The notes under the pieces are model-generated. The model saw only the letters and a program-made list of their open reading frames with translations. It was not told where the DNA came from and did no database searches. The translations under genes and the position numbers were made by a program. This document shows positions 34,189 through 38,244 of a stretch of DNA of 38,244 bases, one piece after another. This DNA is from a virus. Lineage: Duplodnaviria > Caudoviricetes. The first letter of the stretch is position 1. Each line of letters begins with the position of its first letter. The stretch covers positions 1-38,244 of IMG/VR virus record IMGVR_UViG_3300017754_000607. One strand, written 5' to 3'.

Positions 34189-34428
34189 TCAGCAATCCCA
34201 CTTCCTGAGCGACTTGTTGATGCGACTGTCTGGATCTGCGGCCTTGGCCGACCCGGTCAGCTTGCGCTTCATGCCCGTCATTCTAGCACAGAAGCTGTCC
34301 TTTCGAGAACCGCCTTCGGGCTGCGGGCGCTTAATGTCGTGACCTTCAGCCTTCAGAGAGGCACGGCCCTTGGCGTTCAATCCGCCATCGGGGTTCTTGC
34401 CTTCCTTGCGCGTCCAAGCACCAGACAT
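34189..34428 (-). CDS. Small basic phage protein (DUF6321-like)
   Basis: AWTRKEGKNPDGGLNAKGRAS...SFCARM...RKWDC. Confidence 0.7.
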   Translation of the reverse strand: MSGAWTRKEGKNPDGGLNAKGRASLKAEGHDIKRPQPEGGSRKDSFCARMTGMKRKLTGSAKAADPDSRINKSLRKWDC

Positions 34429-34446
34429 TGCAGTCTCCATGCAAAT

Positions 34447-34468
34447 GCGGGGGCACAGAGGCCCCCGC
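34447..34468 (-). terminator. Terminator-like hairpin
   Basis: GCGGGGGC-CTCTGT-GCCCCCGC followed by ATTT on the minus strand. Confidence 0.5.
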
Positions 34469-34496
34469 CGTGAACTACCAAGCCGGGGAGGCGAGC

Positions 34497-34739
34497 TTAG
34501 TAGTTCGCACCCTTGCCACGGGGAGTACCGCCCGAAGCAGAAGACATGACGCTGCCGCCGCTCTTGCGGGGCTTGCGACCGGCATGAGCTTCGGACATGA
34601 CGCCCTCCGCCTTCATGCCGACCTTGCCGCCCTTTTTGAAGCCGCCGGTGGGCTTCATCATTTCAGAGGCCACAGTGCTGTTGCCGCCGGAGTAGGCGGT
34701 GTGCGACTTGGCTTCGCGAGTTCCAGACTTACCCTTCAT
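34497..34739 (-). CDS. Small basic protein with FKKGG/RKSGG motifs
   Basis: 80 aa, Lys/Gly-rich, AGGAG RBS. Confidence 0.7.
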   Translation of the reverse strand: MKGKSGTREAKSHTAYSGGNSTVASEMMKPTGGFKKGGKVGMKAEGVMSEAHAGRKPRKSGGSVMSSASGGTPRGKGANY

Positions 34740-34755
34740 GGTGATCTCCTATGGC

Positions 34756-35214
34756 TTAGGCGTTGGCGGCCTGAATGTAGCGAACGACGAGAGTGCCCGC
34801 GCCGGGCGTGGCGCTAGGTGCGCCGGACAAGACGTAGATGATGTCGTCAGTGGTGCCCGTATTGACCCAGAGGGCCGTGCGGGTTCCATCGGTGCCGGGC
34901 GAGAGCGACAGGCGGCCAATCGCATTGGCGTTCGTCGCCGCAACCAGTTCGGTGGCGGTGGCGGAGGTGCCGACGCTGATGGTGTAGGTCGTCGTGGCGC
35001 TGGACCAAACAGTCGTGACAAACAGATCAATCGCAATGATCGTGCTGTTGGCCGGGATGCAGATGGTCGTCGCTGCGGCAGTAGCAGACTGCACGATAGC
35101 GACTTGCTGGGACATTTCGACGAAACCGACGTTCTTGACCGTACCGGCGGTGGTGCCGGTCGTATTCAGGACATCGCCAGCCTTGATAGGGCCAGTGAAA
35201 GTAGAAGTAGCCAT
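34756..35214 (-). CDS. Head decoration-like protein
   Basis: MATSTFTGPIKAG, beta-rich, directly after the MCP; GGAGG RBS. Confidence 0.6.
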   Translation of the reverse strand: MATSTFTGPIKAGDVLNTTGTTAGTVKNVGFVEMSQQVAIVQSATAAATTICIPANSTIIAIDLFVTTVWSSATTTYTISVGTSATATELVAATNANAIGRLSLSPGTDGTRTALWVNTGTTDDIIYVLSGAPSATPGAGTLVVRYIQAANA

Positions 35215-35219
35215 AAAGG

Positions 35220-35280
35220 CCTCCTGCACGATGAGATCACGCCGTCTGTGCAGCGTCCGCTAGGCCGGTCTGCGTGATCG
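35220..35280 (-). ncRNA. Structured RNA downstream of the capsid gene (candidate Mu-gpT-DE-like element)
   Basis: 8-bp stem GATCACGC/GCGTGATC; loop CTGCAC can pair with GTGCAG next to the RBS. Confidence 0.5.
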
Positions 35281-35287
35281 GATGCCT

Positions 35288-35317
35288 AGAAAGAAGGGCG
35301 GGACCGAAGCCCCGCCC
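35288..35317 (-). terminator. Rho-independent terminator after the major capsid gene
   Basis: GGGCGGGGC-TTCG-GTCCCGCCC-TTCTTTCT. Confidence 0.8.
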
Positions 35318-35324
35318 CAATGAC

Positions 35325-36230
35325 TTAGGTGGGGAACGCGCCGTAGATCGAGCGCCAGTTGTAGTAACCGAAGCTGTAACGCTCGTAGCCCTTGACGAGA
35401 AGATTGTCAGTAGTGAAGTCAACTTGCATGTCTGTCTCGAATTTAATGCGCTCCATGTAGGAGAGCCCATCAATGTTCGTGAGCAGGAACCATGCGCGGG
35501 CAGAAGTCAAATAGTCGTTGACCATGTAGCCTTCGGGAAGGCCGCCTGCCGTGGACATAATCGCGTTCACGTCATTGTCCGCCGTGCCGGGGCGCAGCTC
35601 AGTCTTCGTCAGGCGGATCGCCACCGGCTCAAGAGCGGGCGGGATTACCAGACGACGACCGCGAGCAAACACCTTCAGACCGGCCTGATCACGGAAGTTC
35701 GTGCGGATGGCGATCATGCCAGACAGCAACGTGCTTTCGTTCAAGTCGTTGGTGGTGTAGTTCGAGATCGAGCCACCGTCGATGGGGTGATCAGAGGCGA
35801 CAAGGGCCTTGCCGTCGCCGCCGACCGACCCGTTGTAGGTCGTCGCGGTGTTCAGCACGTTGGCGCCGTAGATCTCCTTGGTCTGCGCAAAGGACTGCGT
35901 CAGGCCGAGGTTCGACGGAGCGAACTGGCTCTTGTAGAGGTTGTCGTCGATGGCCTTGCGAGTGATCGCGTAGCCAAGGCCGATCTCAGTATGCTCCTGA
36001 TTGTACACGAAACGCTCGCCAGCGCCGTTGTCGAACGCGGTCTGGCCGCCTTCGGTCTTGAGCTGGGCGTAGCCCAAGAAGCGCATCTCAGCGGTGCGCT
36101 CCAGAGCCATCTTGGAGTCGTGCTTGGTGAAGATCTTGTCGTACTGCGACGGGATCTGCTCGTACTGACCTTCAACGCCCCGGAGGCCGGGGAGGAGAAG
36201 ATCTTTGATCGCTGAAAGATTAACAGCCAT
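35325..36230 (-). CDS. Major capsid protein (Mu gpT-like, HK97 fold)
   Basis: 301 aa; LLLPGL, KTEG, ITRKAIDDN, GDGKALV..DHP, LVIPP and ERYSFG motifs; strong RBS and downstream terminator. Confidence 0.88.
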   Translation of the reverse strand: MAVNLSAIKDLLLPGLRGVEGQYEQIPSQYDKIFTKHDSKMALERTAEMRFLGYAQLKTEGGQTAFDNGAGERFVYNQEHTEIGLGYAITRKAIDDNLYKSQFAPSNLGLTQSFAQTKEIYGANVLNTATTYNGSVGGDGKALVASDHPIDGGSISNYTTNDLNESTLLSGMIAIRTNFRDQAGLKVFARGRRLVIPPALEPVAIRLTKTELRPGTADNDVNAIMSTAGGLPEGYMVNDYLTSARAWFLLTNIDGLSYMERIKFETDMQVDFTTDNLLVKGYERYSFGYYNWRSIYGAFPT

Positions 36231-36242
36231 TGATCCTACTCC

Positions 36243-36824
36243 TTAGATGCCAACAAGCGTCTTGGTAGACACGCTGTTGAAGGCCACGATGATCTTGCGA
36301 TAGGCGCCGGTCTCGGTGCCCGGAGCGCCCGGAGGATCAATCACATAACCGATGACGCGGAAAGGAAGCGTCGAGGTCGTGTTGATCGTCGTGGAGTCCA
36401 GATAAGCGCCGGAGATGCCGTTGGCGGTGTTACCCGTGCCGATAGCATAACCGCAGTTGGCGCCGATGGCGGCCTGCACCCACAGAGAGGTGGAGGTGTC
36501 GCCAGACACAACGAACTGAGCATTGGGATCGTTGATGATGTAGGCGATCACGTTGCCGCTGTTGTCGCTGCCGGGCCAGTAGTTGGACCAGACGGTACGT
36601 TTCTGGCTGACCGACAGGTATTGACAGCCAACGAAGACACCAGCGATGGAAGCGGAGCCGGTGCCCTGAATGATGTAACCCGCAGCATTGGGCTCTACAG
36701 GGTCGCCGAAATAAATCGAAGTGGTGGAGCTGGAGATAATGGTCGCCGGAACCTGCTCATAGGTCGGGGCAGAACCGTTTCCCTTGTACTGACTGAAACC
36801 GTTATAGGCTTGGGTATTCGCCAT
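36243..36824 (-). CDS. Capsid-associated (cement/decoration-like) protein
   Basis: MAN...GF, IYFGDPV, GVFVGC.Y and DPN motifs; immediately upstream of the MCP. Confidence 0.65.
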   Translation of the reverse strand: MANTQAYNGFSQYKGNGSAPTYEQVPATIISSSTTSIYFGDPVEPNAAGYIIQGTGSASIAGVFVGCQYLSVSQKRTVWSNYWPGSDNSGNVIAYIINDPNAQFVVSGDTSTSLWVQAAIGANCGYAIGTGNTANGISGAYLDSTTINTTSTLPFRVIGYVIDPPGAPGTETGAYRKIIVAFNSVSTKTLVGI

Positions 36825-36856
36825 GACGGGTTCTCCTTTTTACGGGAAAGCTCGTC

Positions 36857-36936
36857 ACTTCACGCCGGGGAAGTTCGGAAGCCGGGGGTAGGCGAACCTC
36901 TCACGCCGGGGAGAGGCAAGGCACAATGTGGCCTTG
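36857..36936 (-). promoter_or_regulatory. Leader with tandem hairpins sharing CCCGGCGU loops
   Basis: CCTCTC-CCCGGCGT-GAGAGG and ACTTC-CCCGGCGT-GAAGT, with a third CCCCGGC between them. Confidence 0.6.
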
Positions 36937-36961
36937 AAGATGCAGCATATACATAATTGCA

Positions 36962-36992
36962 ACAAAAGAAAAGGGGGCCGGTTAAGGCCCCC
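36962..36992 (-). terminator. Rho-independent terminator
   Basis: GGGGGCC-TTAACC-GGCCCCC-TTTTCTTTTGT. Confidence 0.85.
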
Positions 36993-37002
36993 TGATCGGT
37001 AC

Positions 37003-37542
37003 TTAGAGATCCTCGGGGATCGGCATGTCGAAGGTCTTCTTGATGCTGGGCGCCACACGGTCGAGCGTCCCTTCAGGCGTCCCTGAGAGCTGGGCCTCCT
37101 TGATGCGCACCTGTTCGCGAGCCCGGCGCTGCTCGATGCGGCGCACCTCGTCAGAGATCTCCTTCGGGCGCTCCATCAAGATCATGCCCTTGCGCTCGAT
37201 GCTGGCCTTGTCCCAGTTCGAGGGCATCCAAGTCGGGTGACGGCTGACCGGAACTGGCTCCCATCCCTCACGCGCAAGCTGCACGGTGTAGGCAGGGTCT
37301 TCTTGGTTCCAGATCGTGTGGCGCTTCCACTCGTAGTTCCACCCCTCGGGGACCATGTCCTTCGGGATATAGAACTCGTCCGTGCCTTCATCCATGCCGC
37401 CATTGTCGTTGCGGATCTGGGCTGCGCGAGCTGCGGCGCGAGCGCGAGGGTCTTCCCCACGAAGCTCAGGGCGCATGGTGGGGCGTTCCGGGGAGGATGT
37501 TGCGGCCTTCTCAGCGGCAACTCGTTGAAATTTGGCGTTCAT
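37003..37542 (-). CDS. Conserved head-module hypothetical protein
   Basis: PEGWNYEW...EGWEPV...GMILMERP; lies between the scaffold and capsid genes. Confidence 0.75.
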   Translation of the reverse strand: MNAKFQRVAAEKAATSSPERPTMRPELRGEDPRARAAARAAQIRNDNGGMDEGTDEFYIPKDMVPEGWNYEWKRHTIWNQEDPAYTVQLAREGWEPVPVSRHPTWMPSNWDKASIERKGMILMERPKEISDEVRRIEQRRAREQVRIKEAQLSGTPEGTLDRVAPSIKKTFDMPIPEDL

Positions 37543-38244
37543 TGCATACGTCCTTCCTTCTTGAGGAGCATCTTGTTGCGGGCATAGTCCTTCTCGGTCA
37601 TGCCCAGATCGCGAGCCGTCTCGATCTCTTCCCGCGTGAGGCGCACCTCATTCGGGCGAGACCCCGTGCCACCGCCACCACGCGAGACGGGGGCTGCGGG
37701 GGGAGAGCGGCGCTGGGTCACCTTCGCGGCGCCAGCCATCGGGTCATCATCGTGATCGACGTTGACGCGGCGGCTGATGCGCAGGGTATCCTCGACGAAA
37801 CCGAAGTAGTCATCGGTGTCGGGCTGGTAACCATCGGCGACGGCCAAGTTATGAGCCGCCACCATCTTCTGGTACATGCGCGGGTCCGTGACGCAGTGCG
37901 GATTGCGGCGCACCCAGTCAGCGGAACGAGGCGAGAGCTGCGATGCCAGAGCTTCGACCGGGTCGGAGGGACGCGGAGGCTCAGGCGCCACGATCTTGGG
38001 GGCGTTTTCCATGTGGGCGCGGCCCCGCTCCAGCTCCATGAGCTTGGCGGAGTTCATGCCCATCGTCTCTTGGATCTCCGCCGCCTTGTTATAGTCACCA
38101 ACGGCCATCGCCTCAGAGTAATTGTACTTGAGGATCTCGTTGTTGCGCTTGACGGTGTCGATGGCGTTCTTGACGAGCTGCAAATTGGTGTCCTGCACCT
38201 CGTTTTTGGCGTCAGCAGCCGACTCGTAGGCCTGTCTGGCGCGC
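37539..38244 (-). CDS. Capsid scaffolding protein (N-terminus outside the window)
   Basis: Coiled-coil N-part; C-term VRLTREEIETARDLGMTEKDYA; frame open to the window edge. Confidence 0.7.
   Translation of the reverse strand, partial: RARQAYESAADAKNEVQDTNLQLVKNAIDTVKRNNEILKYNYSEAMAVGDYNKAAEIQETMGMNSAKLMELERGRAHMENAPKIVAPEPPRPSDPVEALASQLSPRSADWVRRNPHCVTDPRMYQKMVAAHNLAVADGYQPDTDDYFGFVEDTLRISRRVNVDHDDDPMAGAAKVTQRRSPPAAPVSRGGGGTGSRPNEVRLTREEIETARDLGMTEKDYARNKMLLKKEGRMQ

Larger units (their letters stand above)
1..38244. mobile_element. Tailed dsDNA bacteriophage genome segment (podovirus-like, probable alphaproteobacterial host)
   Basis: Continuous phage gene content (primase-helicase, resolvase, endolysin, tail fibres, capsid, scaffold) with overlapping start/stop codons and no host housekeeping genes. 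GcrA-like gene points to Alphaproteobacteria. Confidence 0.95.

Noticed and set aside
35274-36215. 313-aa plus-strand ORF
   Set aside because: Antisense shadow of the major capsid gene.

Overview
The whole 38.2 kb window is a large part of a GC-rich tailed dsDNA phage genome, probably podovirus-like: it has ejection-type proteins and no tape measure or tail tube. The host is probably an alphaproteobacterium, judged from a GcrA-like gene. There are three transcription blocks. (i) 1-5745 on the minus strand: small cassette genes, a C5 DNA methyltransferase with a second protein overprinted in another frame, DUF551 and RNAP alpha-CTD genes, primase-polymerase/helicase, a RuvC-like resolvase and a Cro-like HTH. 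(ii) 5880-13026 on the plus strand, from a symmetric divergent promoter: PD-(D/E)XK nuclease, a tRNA-like RNA without an anticodon loop, SSB-like protein, many small genes, and OmpR/CtrA-like, SLT, DnaA-CTD and GcrA-like genes. (iii) 13013-38244 on the minus strand: scaffold, major capsid, adaptors, tail fibres, lysis, nozzle and large ejection proteins. Terminase, portal and integrase are not in the window. The best leads are: the dual-frame two-subunit methyltransferase with four tandem W[PR]TP modules; a Tat-signal miniprotein apparently built from two major-capsid fragments; the anticodon-less tRNA mimic; a 1610-aa virion polyprotein with two internal S74 autocleavage domains plus a recurring AxGG motif; truncated DnaA/GcrA/CtrA/alpha-CTD mimics; and repeated structured RNA elements in the head operon. 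All calls come from reading motifs by eye; no searches were run.
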